From Bugula neritina (taxonomy: Eukaryota; Animalia; Bryozoa), in NCBI GenBank assembly GCA_964035545.1, contig OZ037770.1:1-64000 (forward strand): a DNA stretch of 64,000 bases. The letters run 5' to 3'. How positions within the stretch are numbered: the stretch's first letter is position 1; every line of letters starts with the position of its first letter. Positions 38,435-53,400 of this stretch are shown piece after piece. Both the position numbers and the translations under genes were made by a program. The notes beneath the pieces are model-generated. The model was not told where the DNA came from and did not search any database. It saw nothing but the letters and a program-made list of their open reading frames with translations.

Positions 38435-41400
38435 CTAGTAGTAGTAGTGATAGTACTACTAGTAGTAGTACTAGTAATAGTAGTAAGAGTAACTCACCAA
38501 TCTACTATCCTCTGGCACTACACTCACAGTCACTCTCTTTCCGTTGTCACTTTCAGACATGCTGTGATTAGAGAGGAAGTCCAGTCCACTTCTGTCACCA
38601 GAGGCACCAAACGCCCTCTGGACAGGGGAGGTGAGAGACGTGGGACTGGTAGTTTGAGAGAAAGAGGTGGATAGGAGACTCATGCCCCCTGAGATGGAAG
38701 CTCCGGCACTGAGGGGGGAGGAGGGTGGCATGAGAGGAAGGGAGCTGCTCGACGTATCACCAACCATCCTGTGTAGTCGGTCATTGTCTGCCTTCAGGTA
38801 ACTCATCTCTTGCTGTAAACAGTCAGCATCATTGTAACTCACTCTGCTGCTGCTGCTGCTGCTGCTGCTTCACTCACTCATACCTTACTAACTCTAGTCT
38901 AGTCACTACTCACTCTAGTCTACTCATACCGTACTAACGCAGTCAACATACCTTCATTCTACCCATGGCATCCCTCAGCTGCTCCAACTGATGGGCCGAG
39001 GTAAGAGCATCCAGTCTTATGTCCGTCAGCTTCATGTCTTTCTCTCTCAACAACCTCTTCATCTCAGCTATAGCCTCAGGAGAGAGCTCATCACAACTAC
39101 ACAAGAGATCAAACTGCCGTCAGCACACTAATCAGTGACATGACAACTTCTATTCACTAAACTAACTCTACAACTCATGCCTAGCCTAGTGTCCTACTGA
39201 TTAGAAACACTCACTCAGTGTAGATGTTGTTGACAACACTCAGTCCCGGGACACTGTTCCGTGAGCCCATGTTATGAGTAGGGGTAGTGGGGGCACTGGC
39301 TGCACTCAACTCCGCATAGTGCATCGGATTCTCCCCCTCCACGTCGGATATTGATCCGCTCGTTGACTTTTTCTTTCCACCAAATGCTTTAGAGAAGCTG
39401 TTACGAATCTAAATTCAAGATGGAATGTTGCAAGTGTATTTGTTTAATGAGTATGAGTGAAAGGAAATAGAAATGGAGAAGTAGTAAATACCTTAGACTT
39501 AGTGTGATTGTGTTGAGAACTCATGGCAGAGTATAAAATCTGATAGAACACAGAGAGATGACTACAGCTCACCAACTGCCTTCATTACACAACGTATAAA
39601 CTCAATTACCAGAAATTTAACCTTTACTCACTCATTTGTATATCAACAAAATATTGATTTGCTAGACTAAGTTTACTGAGACCACCGCGTGAAGGCGGGG
39701 CACGCTCCAGCACTTCATTAACAGACTTAAACCAAAACACTGCAACTAACTCTGCGTAGGTTTCTATGATTTACAGGCCTGCACAGGAAGCGGGGAGGGA
39801 TACGCTGAGCCCCGACTTGATCATAAAGAACTTAGTCAACAGATAGAGATAAAAGTTCCATTAGTAATTAGCTAATAAATAATTTGTGATAACTTCAATT
39901 ATCTTGCAGATCGATTTAATCTGATTACATGAATCAATAAGATAGCGGCATGCGACAAGCTCACCCCGGGAGGGCACAACTCCATATTCTACTTATCAGA
40001 TACACACCCAGTTCTTTTTAGCCTTCTTTCTGGCTTCTGTGGAGGTGCTAATTCCACTTCCCATGGAGCTCATGCTATTCAGACTGTTTATACTGTCAGC
40101 TGACATCTGTCTCTCTAGTCCTGCAGCAAATGATTACACAGCTTAGACACTAGGTAGAGAGCAGGTAGAGAGCAGGTAGAGAGTAGGTAGAGAGTAGGTA
40201 GATACTAGGTAGAGAGTAGGTAGACACTAGGTAGAGAGTAGGTAGACACTAGGTAGAGAGTAGGTAGACACTAGGTAGACATTAGGTAGAGAGCAGGTAG
40301 ATACTAGATAGAGAGTAGGTAGACACTAGGTAGAGAGTAGGTAGAGAGCAGGTAGATACTAGGTAGAGAGCAGGCAGATACTAGGTAGAGAGCAGGTAGA
40401 CACTAGGTAGAGAGTAGGTAGAGAGCAGGTAGACACTAGGTATAGAGTAGGTAGAGAGCAGGTAGACACTAGGTATAGAGTAGGTAGACACTAGATATAC
40501 ACTAGGTAGAGAGTAGGTAGATACTAGGTAGAGAGTAGGTAGAGAGTAGGTATAGAGAGTAGGTAGATACTATGTAGAGAGTAGGTAGAGAGCAGGCAGA
40601 TACTAGGTAGAGAGCAGGTAGACACTAGGTAGAGAGCAGGTACAGAGTAGGTAGAGAGCAGGTAGATACTAGGTAGAGAGTAGGTAGATACTAGGTAGAG
40701 AGCAGGTAGACACTAGATATACACTAGGTAGAGAGTAGGTAGATACTAGGTAGAGAGTAGGTAGATACTAGGTAGAGAGTAGGTATAGAGAGTAGGTATA
40801 GAGAGTAGGTAGATACTATGTAGAGAGCAGGTAGATACTAGGTAAAAAGAGAACAGTGAGCCATTTGATTAGTGAGTTTGTTATTCATATCTACTAACCA
40901 GCAGTTATCTATCAATTTCTATCTGCTAGTCAGAGTGATGACAGTTTGAAAATGTTAATCACCAATAATAAAGTGATTCATGGAAAGGCATTCACATCTC
41001 ATTCTCTTTCCTATGAGTCTCACCACAGCTACATTATTATAGCAGCACTAATTACACCTCTGCTCACTAATTGCAAGCTATGTGAAGAAAACTATTTGTT
41101 GTTTTTTGCTAAAATCACAGAAATATTTCCACATCGACTCTTTGTTTCCATTTATTACATTTTCATGGCCCAAAATATTTCTGGACAAATATAGGAGTAA
41201 TAAAAGCATAGAGGCTAGACTGAGAGTAATTAGTAATAAAGACAGTAGGGAGGGGGTTATGAACTGACCGTGATGGCCCACACTGCTGTGTAAGTTGAGA
41301 GCCTGGTTCTGACTGGTCTGTAGTATCTCAGTGTGAGCCAGGCCTGTCATACGCCTCAGGTTATCAATGGTTGACTTCATATCCGTCAGTTCGGAGTCCT

Positions 41401-44400
41401 TCTGCTCAGATCTGGACTGAAGTTGCTGCAGCCTGGCTGTCATGTTGCCCAGACTCTGTTCAAATGCTTGCACAACGTGAGCCTGTAACAAACAACTGCA
41501 GTATACAAACAACTCTCAACTACTATTACTAACTAACTAACCCAACAATGTGAAGAGGGGAGAGTTGGGAGCCCAACTACTAGTAATAAACTCAGACTGA
41601 ATCTACAAAACACTAATCACCAACATTCTTCACCTCAGGAAACAAAGAAACTGCAAAAAATTACAGTCCAAATTGAGATGAAAGAGTATGCCAGACCTGA
41701 TGGAATATGTAATTGCTTTGTTTATGAATTCCTAGAGCAGCTTGGGTGGGGTATGCGGAGTACACATGGGAGAGGGGAGATGACTCATACAGTTGCAGTT
41801 GTATATACATTTGAATAAAATAACTGCGTGATATCAATAAGACCCAGTGCATACATCATACTGTGTGGTTGATATTGGCATATTTTAAAATATATTATAT
41901 ACAATATGCATAGCAGCCACAGCATATAATTGTCGTGCAGTTAATTATGTGTATGTCTTGTATACTAATAAATCAACCTCTTTGATTTATACCTGCTGCA
42001 TATTTCATTATAAACTGTTTGAGTATACATCTCAAGTTGATTGCACTAGATTAATTAATTGAATATAAATATACAAGTCTAACAGTGTGAGCTAGCATTA
42101 GTGTGCTATGCACACTGTAGCATGTAATGTAGTATGTAGTATGGTACATACTATAGCATGCAGTGTAGTACATACTATAGCATGCAGTGTAGCACATACT
42201 ATAACATGTACTGTAGCACATACTATAGCATGTAGTGTAGCATGATGTACTCAGTTTAGAGTAAGCAGATATTATATGGCATGTGTTAAATTCCGTTACA
42301 ACTCCAGTGGTAAAACACACTACTCTAACAGTAATTAGATTTTATTATAACTCAATTATCCCACAATAATACTCCAAGAAAGCTGAGTTGAGTGGAGAAT
42401 CAATATACAGTGAAGATGTCACCACATATTATATCACTTTACACCCTGTAGTATCAGTGTAGGTACTGTAGTAACAGTGTACGTACTGTAGTATCAGTGT
42501 AGGTACTGTAGTAACAGTGTAGGTACTGTAGTATCAGTGTACGTACTGTAGTATCAGTGTAGGTACTGTAGTATCAGTGTACGTACTGTAGTATCAGTGT
42601 AGGTACTGTAGTATCAGTGTACGTACTGTAGTATCAGTGTAGGTACTGTAGTATCAGTGTAGGTACTGTAGTAACAGTGTAGGTACTGTAGTATCAGTGT
42701 ACGTACTGTAGTATCAGTGTAGGTACTGTAGTATCAGTGTAGGTACTGTAGTATCAGTGTAAGTACTGTAGTATCAGAGTAGGTACTGTAATATCAGTGT
42801 AGGTACTGTAGTATCAGTGTAAGTACTGTAGTATCAGTGTAGGTACTGTAGTATCAGTGTACGTACTGTAGTATCAGAGTAGGTACTGTAATATCAGTGT
42901 ACGTACTGTAGTATCAGTGTACGTACTGTAGTATCAGTGTACGTACTGTAATATCAGTGTACGTACTGTAGTATCAGTGTACGTACTGTAGTATCAGTGT
43001 AGGTACTGTAGTATCAGTGTACGTACTGTAGTATCAGTGTACGTACTGTAGTAACAGTGTACGTACTGTAGTATCAGTGTAGGTACTGTAGTATCAGTGT
43101 AAGTACTGTAGTAACAGTGTACGTACTGTAGTATCAGTGTACGTACTGTAGTATCAGTGTACGTACTGTAGTATCAGTGTAAGTACAATACGTACAGTAT
43201 ACTACAGTATACTACAGTATACTGTAGCAAACCTCCACCTTACCATGTACGTTTCCGACACACTATCACAAAGTCTCTCATTGTCAGCATGCAACTGCTG
43301 CAACTGTTGCTGACGTTCTCGCTGACTTTTAGGAGACCGAGGCAGGGTGGTAAACTCACTCCCCCGCATCCTGTTGACTCTAGAGACGTGAGGAGACTTA
43401 GGCATGTCTCCTCTCACTGGAGGATTCGCTGATATCCCACCTGCACCCTTCGAGGGCTTCTCATCAAATCCATAGAAACTACTGTAGGTCCGCTCCATGT
43501 TGACAAGACTGTGCAGGTGCTTCTGATAACACAGTTGACACTAGGAAAGGCGACACACTGCAGGTGGTCCCAACAGACTACGTCCAACAAGTGCTCTGGG
43601 TTATTAGCAGTGAGTCATATTAGCCACTAACCAATCAGAAGTGGTTAACAGAGCTCAGCCAATAAGAGCACAGAGGCTGGTGCAGAGGTTATTGAAGCTG
43701 ACTAGTTGATGATTTATGACATATGGGGCAGCATTATATGTGGCAGCGTTAGAGCTGGTAATGAATGTCAAGAAGTTGGTAATGGTTTATTCATTGCTGA
43801 GTTAATTGTGTAGTCCCAATGAAACATAATATAGCCCTGAAGTAGAGCCTGTACACACACAATAGCATCTACACACAATAGTATTTACACATCAACTGTT
43901 TCTCCAAGACTAGAAAGTGTTCCCCAGACAGGAGACATCAGGGATAATTAGTAGCAATTACAGCTGGTATATTAGCTGTTGTCTATCATATCTCAACCAA
44001 TATGGTGCTAGTATATCATATACTTATGTATGGTGCTAGTATATCATGGCATAGCTGAATGAGTTGAAGAGATACACAAGTGAAAGGCTGCAGAGAAGGG
44101 AGGTGCAGAGCATGTCTATACTGACAGGTAATTAATGAGGAGATACTGCATACAGACTAGTAGCAGCTGGTGAACTGTTGCTACAGTTGCAAGAGGTGCA
44201 CTGAGTTGGTGAAGAGCGGGTGGCTATGGGTACCCCCAACCCCTCAATCTATAGACTACAACCTACATAGCTACCATGTCACATGACCTACATAGTTACT
44301 GGTCATGTGACCTAATATACTCTGTTGTATTGCATTTCAAATGAAAATAATGGCAACTAAAATATCCATAAGGAATTATGGAGTGATATTAAAAGATGGA

Positions 44401-47400
44401 TAGACTTAGACTGGTGTTGAATAGAGAAAGTGTATCAATGTGTACAGAGACTGGTGGGGATTACACCATCTTACATATACACTCAATACACTCAAGTAGC
44501 TTTAATTATTAATATACTATAAGCTGACATACAAACAAACAATAACATTAGACTAGGCAGCAGCAGATCAATACAACTACCCTGTATGCTGACAGCAACA
44601 CTAGAGTAGCAGAACTAGAGTAGCAGAACTAGAGTATAAATAGGGGGGACAACTTACATTAGTTGTGAGTTGATTAGTGAGAGTATAGACTTGCTCCTTG
44701 GCATGTTCCAGTTCCCTTCTTAACTTATGAGTCTAAAATACATCAATATACTAACTATACACTGTATATACTAACTATACACTGTATATACTAACTATAC
44801 ACTGTATATACTAACTATACACTGTATATACTAACTATACACTGTATATACTAACTATACACCGTATATACTAACTATACACTGTATATACTAACTATAC
44901 ACTGTATATACTAACTATACACTGTATATACTAACTATACACTGTATATACTAACTATACACTGTATATACTAACTATACACCGTATATACTAACTATAC
45001 ACTGTATATACTAACTATACACTGTATATACTAACTATACAGTATATACTATACACTGTATATACTAACTATACACCGTATATACTAACTACACACTGTA
45101 TATACTAACTATACACCGTATATACTAACTATACACCGTATATACTAACTATACACTGTATATACTAACTACACACTGTATATACTAACTATACACTGTA
45201 TATACTAACTATACACTGTATTTACTAACTATACACTGTATATACTAACTATACACCGTATATACTATCTATACACTGTATATACTAACTATACACTGTA
45301 TATACTAACTATACACTGTATATACTAACTATACACCGTATTTACTAACTATACACTGTATATACTAACTATACACTGTATATACTAACTATACACTGTA
45401 TATACTAACTATACACTGTATATACTAACTATACACTGTATATACTAACTACACACTGTATATACTAACTACACACTGTATATACTAACTATACACCGTA
45501 TATACTAACTATACACTGTATATACTAACTATACACCGTATATACTATCTATACACTGTATATATTAACTATACCCTGTATATACTAACTATACACTGTA
45601 TATACTAACTAGTATACTGTATATACTATACACTGTATATACTAACTATACACTGTATATACTAACTATACACTGTATATACTAACTATACACCGTATAT
45701 ACTATCTAGTACACTGTATATACTAACTGTACACTGTATATACTAACTATACACTGTATATACTATACACTGTATATACTATACACTGTATATACTAACT
45801 ATACACTGTATATACTAACTATACACCGTATATACTATCTAGTACACTGTATATACTATCTAGTACACCGTATATACTAACTATACACTGTATATACTAA
45901 CTATACACTGTATATACTAACTGTACACTGTATATACTAACTATACACTGTATTTACTAACTATACACCGTATATACTAACTATACACTGTATATACTAA
46001 CTATACGCTGTATATACTAACTATACACTGTATATACTAACTATACACTGTATATACTAACTACACACTGTATATACTAACTATACACCGTATATACTAA
46101 CTATACACCGTATATACTAACTATACACTGTATATACTAACTATACACTGTATATACTAACTACACACTGTATATACTAACTACACACTGTATATACTAA
46201 CTATACACTGTATTTACTAACTATACACTGTATATACTAACTATACACCGTATATACTATCTATACACTGTATATACTAACTATACACTGTATATACTAA
46301 CTATACACTGTATATACTAACTATACACCGTATTTACTAACTATACACTGTATATACTAACTATACACTGTATATACTAACTATACACTGTATATACTAA
46401 CTATACACTGTATATACTAACTATACACTGTATATACTAACTACACACTGTATATACTAACTATACACTGTATATACTAACTATACACCGTATATACTAA
46501 CTATACACTGTATATACTAACTATACACCGTATATACTATCTATACACTGTATATATTAACTATACCCTGTATATACTAACTATACACTGTATATACTAA
46601 CTAGTATACTGTATATACTATACACTGTATATACTAACTATACACTGTATATACTAACTATACACTGTATATACTAACTATACACCGTATATACTATCTA
46701 GTACACTGTATATACTAACTGTACACTGTATATACTAACTATACACTGTATATACTATACACTGTATATACTATACACTGTATATACTAACTATACACTG
46801 TATATACTAACTATACACCGTATATACTATCTAGTACACTGTATATACTATCTAGTACACCGTATATACTAACTATACACTGTATATACTAACTATACAC
46901 TGTATATACTAACTGTACACTGTATATACTAACTATACACTGTATTTACTAACTATACACCGTATATACTAACTATACACTGTATATACTAACTATACGC
47001 TGTATATACTAACTATACACTGTATATACTAACTATACACTGTATATACTAACTATACACTGTATATACTATATACTAACTATACACTGTATATACTAAC
47101 TACACACTGTATATACTAACTATACACCGTATATACTAACCTCAGCAGAATTTCTCTCATCTGCCTGCAAAATAAAGAAAACAATATATTTAAATAGTAA
47201 AAAATGGATTGCAACAAAAAGATAACAATTTAAAGTAAATCTATACTAAGTGTGAAAATGGGCTGTTGTTAGCACGTACCGTAGAATACATGCTAGAGCT
47301 GGTGGAGTTTAGGCTAATCTGGGAGCCTCTCACTACAAGAGAAGAGAGTAGTAATACAGTAATATAGTAATATAGTAATATAGTAATACAGTAATATAGT

Positions 47401-50400
47401 AGTACAGTAATATAGTAATACAGTAATATAGTAATACAGTAATATAATAATACAGGTTACAGTAATATAGTATTACAAATGATAGTAGTATAGTAATATA
47501 GTAATACAGGTTACAGTAATATAGTAATACAGGTGATAGTAATACAGTAATATAGTAATATAGTAATACAGTAATACAGGTGATAGTAATATAGTAATAT
47601 AGTAATACTAGTAATATAGTAATACAGTAATACAGGTGATAGTAATACAGTAATATAGTAATATAAGTAAGCATACCATCTGGGTGGTCTTTGTTGATTG
47701 GCTGGCAGCACTGACTACAGAGGGACTTTCTCTCTACCACCCCGCTGTCACTCTCGTATCCCCCCTGATGCACGTGAGAATACAGACTAGCGGCAGCAGA
47801 GCCGGACAGCATGGAGTTGTGGCCGTGAGAGAGCTGGTAGTGTGTAGCCATAGTTCTACTTGGACAGTGTTTAGACTGAGCACCTCTAGATGAGCTGAAG
47901 CTCCTTGCGGGGCCAGCAGACGCCCCCCTTGCAGCTGTGTCACTAGTAGCTGATCTCATGACCCACACCGGACTGGCATTGTCACTCAGTCCACTGCCAG
48001 ACATGTCACTCGTCATGTAGGTATAACTACGTGGGTCCACGGCTGAGAGATTTCTACTCCTACCTGCAGTCAAAGTAATCAACTCACAGTCAACTAGTAG
48101 TTAGAGTATAACTCACAGTCAACTAGTAGTTAGAGTAAACAACTCACAGTCAACTAGTAGTTAGAGTAAACAACTCACAGTCAACTAGTAGTTAGAGTAA
48201 TCAACTCACAGTCAACTAATAGTTAGAGTAATCAACTCACAGTCAACTAATAGCTAGAGTAAACAACTCACAGTCAACTAGTAGTTAGAGTATTAGTTAG
48301 AGTATAACTCACCCAGAGTGTGGTACTTGTACAGATCATCTGGTTTATTGGCTAAACTTTGCTGAGTCTTAGAAGAGATCAAGCCTTTGGCCCTTTGCTG
48401 TTCGACTAAACACTTCTCTGTGATGGAATAGTTACAGCCCGAGTCACTGAGGTAGCCATTAGCTGTGGATCTGAGACTGAGTGGCACTCGGACACCTACA
48501 GTGTGTAACTCTATACAGTGTGTAACTCTATACAGTGTGAGTAACTCTATACAGTGTGTAACTCTACACAGTGTGTAACTCTACACAGTGTGTGTAACGC
48601 ACCATTCCTCTCCATCATGTCTGACGAGGTACAGGATATTTGTCCTTGACCTGGTCTATAAGGAGCAGCTAAACACTTCAAGTCGGTGTTGAAGAAGACA
48701 CCAGAGCTGTGATTGGTTGGGCTGTCTTCCGCAGTGTCAACGAGATCTAAAGTGTCACTGATGTCTCCAGAGCTCACTGAACTTGCGTCATCTTCGTCAA
48801 AGCTGTAAGAGAGAGACTGAGCTGTATAAGAGAGAGACTGAGCTGTATAAGAGAGAGACTGAGCTGTATAAGAGAGAGACTGAGCTGTATAAGAGAGAGA
48901 CTGAGCTGTATAAGAGAGAGACTGAGCTGTATAAGAGAGAGACTGAGCTGTATAAGAGAGAGACTGAGCTGTATAAGAGAGAGACTGAGCTGTATAAGAG
49001 AGAGACTGAGCTGTATAAGAGAGAGACTGAGCTGTATAAGAGAGAGACTGAGCTGTATAAGAGAGAGACTGAGCTGTATAAGAGAGAGACTGAGCTGTAT
49101 AAGAGAGAGACTGAGCTGTATAAGAGAGAGACTGAGCTGTATAAGAGAGAGACTGAGCTGTATAAGAGAGAGACTGAGCTGTATAAGAGAGAGACTGAGC
49201 TGTATAAGAGAGAGACTGAGCTGTATAACAGAGAGAGACTGAGCTGTATAACAGAGAGACTGAGCTGTATAACAGAGAGACTGGGCTGTATAAGAGAGAG
49301 ACTGAGCTGTATAACAGAGAGACTGAGCTGTATAACAGAGAGACTGGGCTGTATAAGAGAGAGACTGAGCTGTATAAGAGAGAGACTGAGCTGTATAACA
49401 GAGAGACTGAGCTGTATAACAGAGAGACTGAGCTGTATAACAGAGAGACTGGGCTGTATAAGAGAGAGACTGAGCTGTATAAGAGAGAGACTGAGCTGTA
49501 TAAGAGAGAGACTGAGCTGTATAAGAGAGAGACTGAGCTGTATAAGAGAGAGACTGAGCTGTATAAGAGAGAGACTGAGCTGTATAAGAGAGAGACTGAG
49601 CTGTATAAGAGAGAGACTGAGCTGTATAAGAGAGAGACTGAGCTGTATAAGAGAGAGATTGAGCTGTATAACAGAGAGACTGAGCTGTATAAGAGAGATA
49701 CTGAGCTGTATAAGAGAGAGACTGAGCTGTATAAGAGAGAGACTGAGCTGTATAAGAGAGAGACTGAGCTGTATAAGAGAGAGACTGAGCTGTATAAGAG
49801 AGAGACTGAGCTGTATAACAGAGTGACTGAGCTGTAAGTTAGGTCTCTGCATGTAGCTTCAGTACCCACTGTTTGAGTAACAAACATGTCTTTAGTATGA
49901 AAGGCAGCTAATGTGAATATCCTAAGGCTATGATTAACATATTGATGTGAGCAGCTCAGAAACAATGTTTCTGGGTTTATTTATAAAAGCTGTTTATAAT
50001 TTGTGGGCTAAAGAAAAGCCGGGCAACAAGGCAGAGCCACTGTATACACACTTGAGTGTTAAGCTAAGAACTGAGTCTAAACCAAAGAATTAATACAGTC
50101 ACAATATGTCAAGGAGGCAGGATGAGTGCTAGTATATTAAATTACTTGTAGTTGTTTAGTTCTCTAAGAGCAGGTCCCATATGTTACATGTATTGTCCTG
50201 AATACAGGTACTGAATACAGCTACTGAATACAGGTACTGAATACAACACAGCACCCACCTTGAACTAGTAAACCTACTCCAGTGTCCTACTCAACACACA
50301 GTCAACTAACTCAGTGAACCAGCTTAGTGAAGCTCTAAGGAATGGAGTGACAAAACAACCAGCAGGAATACATTAAACAAAAGTAAGGAGTGAATGCAGC

Positions 50401-53400
50401 TCTCAGTAAATGCAGCACTCAGTGAATGTGGTACTCAGTGAATGCAGCACATTATAGAAGTAGTCCAGGTGGCAGGCATGAAACAGGGTTACTGTTTGAT
50501 AAAGCAACAAGTTTATTTGCGAACTTGCAGTAGAATTGATGAGTTAATGATATGTAAACATGAGGGGTATTGAGATAGGCTGTTCCCAGAGAGACACCAT
50601 TGTCTAACAGCAAAGATAATGTGAGATTTAATTACTTCAATCTAACTTCAGTAGGACAATGTTATTAATAACAACAGACACAGTAATAATAATACAGAGT
50701 AGAGTATACTATATGTATAATACAGTAAATACTGGAGTATACTATATAATACAGAGTATACTATATAATACAGAGTAGAGAGAGTATAATACAGAGTATA
50801 GTAGAGTATAATACAGAGTATAGTAGAGTATAATACAGAGTATAGTAGAGTATAATACAGAGTATAGTAGAGTATAATACAGAGTAGAGAGTATAATACA
50901 GAGTAGAGAGAGTATAATACAGAGTAGAGAGAGTATAATACAGAGTAGAGAGAGTATAATACAGAGTATAATAGAGTATAATACAGAGTAGAGAGAGTAT
51001 AATACAGAGTAGAGAGAGTATAATACAGAGTATAGTAGAGTATAATACAGAGTATAGTAAAGTATAATACAGAGTATAGTAGAGTATAATACAGAGTATA
51101 GTAAAGTATAATACAGAGTATAGTAGAGTATAATACAGAGTATAGTAGAGTATAATACAGAGTATAGTAGAGTATAATACAGAGTAGAGTAGAGTATAAT
51201 ACAGAGTATAGTAGAGTATAATACAGAGTATAGTAGAGTATAATACAGAGTATAGTAGAGTATAATACAGAGTATAGTAGAGTATAATACAGAGTATAGT
51301 AGAGTATAATACAGAGTATAGTAAAGTATAATACAGAGTATAGTAGAGTATAATACAGAGTATAGTAAAGTATAATACAGAGTATAGTAGAGTATAATAC
51401 AGAGTATAGTAGAGTATAATACAGAGTATAGTAGAGTATAATACAGAGTAGAGTAGAGTATAATACAGAGTATAGTAGAGTATAATACAGAGTATAGTAG
51501 AGTATAATACAGAGTATAGTAGAGTATAATACAGAGTATAGTAGAGTATAATACTTGCAGAAATCGATTAAAGTGTTGACTTGGTGAACACTTGACTAAT
51601 GTAGTATTTGTACACACATCTACCTCAACACAGATATACTATATACAGATATACTATATACAGATACTATATACAGATATACTATATACAGATATACTAT
51701 ATACAGATATACTATATACAGATATACTATATACAGATATACTATAGTCAATACAGATATACTATATACAGATATACTATATACTATATACAGATATACT
51801 ATAGCCAATACAGATATACTATATACAGATACTATATACAGATATACTATATACAGATATACTATATACAGATATACTATATACAGATATACTATATACA
51901 GATATACTATATACTATACACAGATATATTATACACAGATATACTATATACAGATATACTATATACAGATATACTATATACAGATATACTATATACAGAT
52001 ATACTATATACTATATACAGATATACTATATACAGATATACTATATACAGATATACTATATACAGATATACTATATACAGATATACTATATACAGATATA
52101 CTATATACAGATATACTATATACAGATATACTATATACTATATACAGATATACTATATACATATATACTATATACAGATATACTATATACAGATATACTA
52201 TATACAGATATACTATATACAGATATACTATAGCCAATACAGATACTATATACAGATACTATATACAGATATACTATATACAGATATACTATATACAGAT
52301 ATACTATATACTATACACAGATATACTATACACAGATATACTATACACAGATATACTATATACAGATATACTATATACAGATATACTATATACAGATATA
52401 CTATATACAGATATACTATATACAGATATACTATATACTATATACAGATATACTATATACATATATACTATATACAGATATACTATATACAGATATACTA
52501 TATACAGATATACTATAGTCAATACTATATACTATACAGATGTGCTAGTAAAGAGTGCAGGTGTAAGTTAAGTCTGTCTAGTCATATAAGTCAGCAGAAA
52601 GGAATCGTGCAGGTGCATCAGCAGCAACCAATCATAGTGACAGAACCATTTCAGCAACCAATCATAGTGACAGAATCACCTCAGCAACCAATCATAGTGA
52701 CAGAATCACCTCAACAACCAATCATAGTGATAGAATCACCCCAGCAACCAATCAGAACACAGGCAGGCCCCATGTGGAGTAATAAATAGGGGAAAATCCA
52801 TGCAGGTAGCTTCCAGTAAGAAATTGATAATCATGAGCAATCAGTGATGTAATTAACTGGTAACTAATTTAACGGCAACTTTTTGGCATGTAATTTGTAG
52901 CTCTTAAAGCTGACATTAGCTTAAACATCGTAAGCATCCAGGTTATTTTGATAAAATCAATTACTGTTAATTAAAAGATCATACTTTTTTAGTAGCATTC
53001 ACAAAATATATACAAAAAATCTCAACTCAATATACCAGAAAAAATGAATTAAAATATATGTGTTAATAGCACTGATATTGACGTGACCGTGGCACATGAA
53101 AAATCTGAAAAAAGAGTTGTCTTCTTTTTTTCTATATTAATATATAGAGCTTGTCGTGAAAATAAAGATTTTTTTAAAAAAATATTGTGACCCTCTGGTA
53201 ACTTCCTGAATTTAGAAAATTAACTCATATATTTCTTTTCATGTGGACAACAGCTCACTTTTTTTTAAATTTATTTTGAAGCTCTTTTCGTAAAAAATAA
53301 TCAAAAGTAAAAAATCCAAAATTTTTACAAATTGGTTCGGGGCTTGACGTGAAAGGCATTTGGACGAAGATGTCAAGGTCACCATTAATAAATTTATTTC

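Noticed and set aside
38026-38674. Poly-Ser and poly-Val plus-strand ORFs
   Set aside because: (AGT)n microsatellite, antisense to NAV.
48547-52789. Long ORFs of 291-472 aa (LYSSVSL, RETELYK, YYIQI repeats)
   Set aside because: Translations of intronic minisatellites; only 48603-48802 is a real exon.
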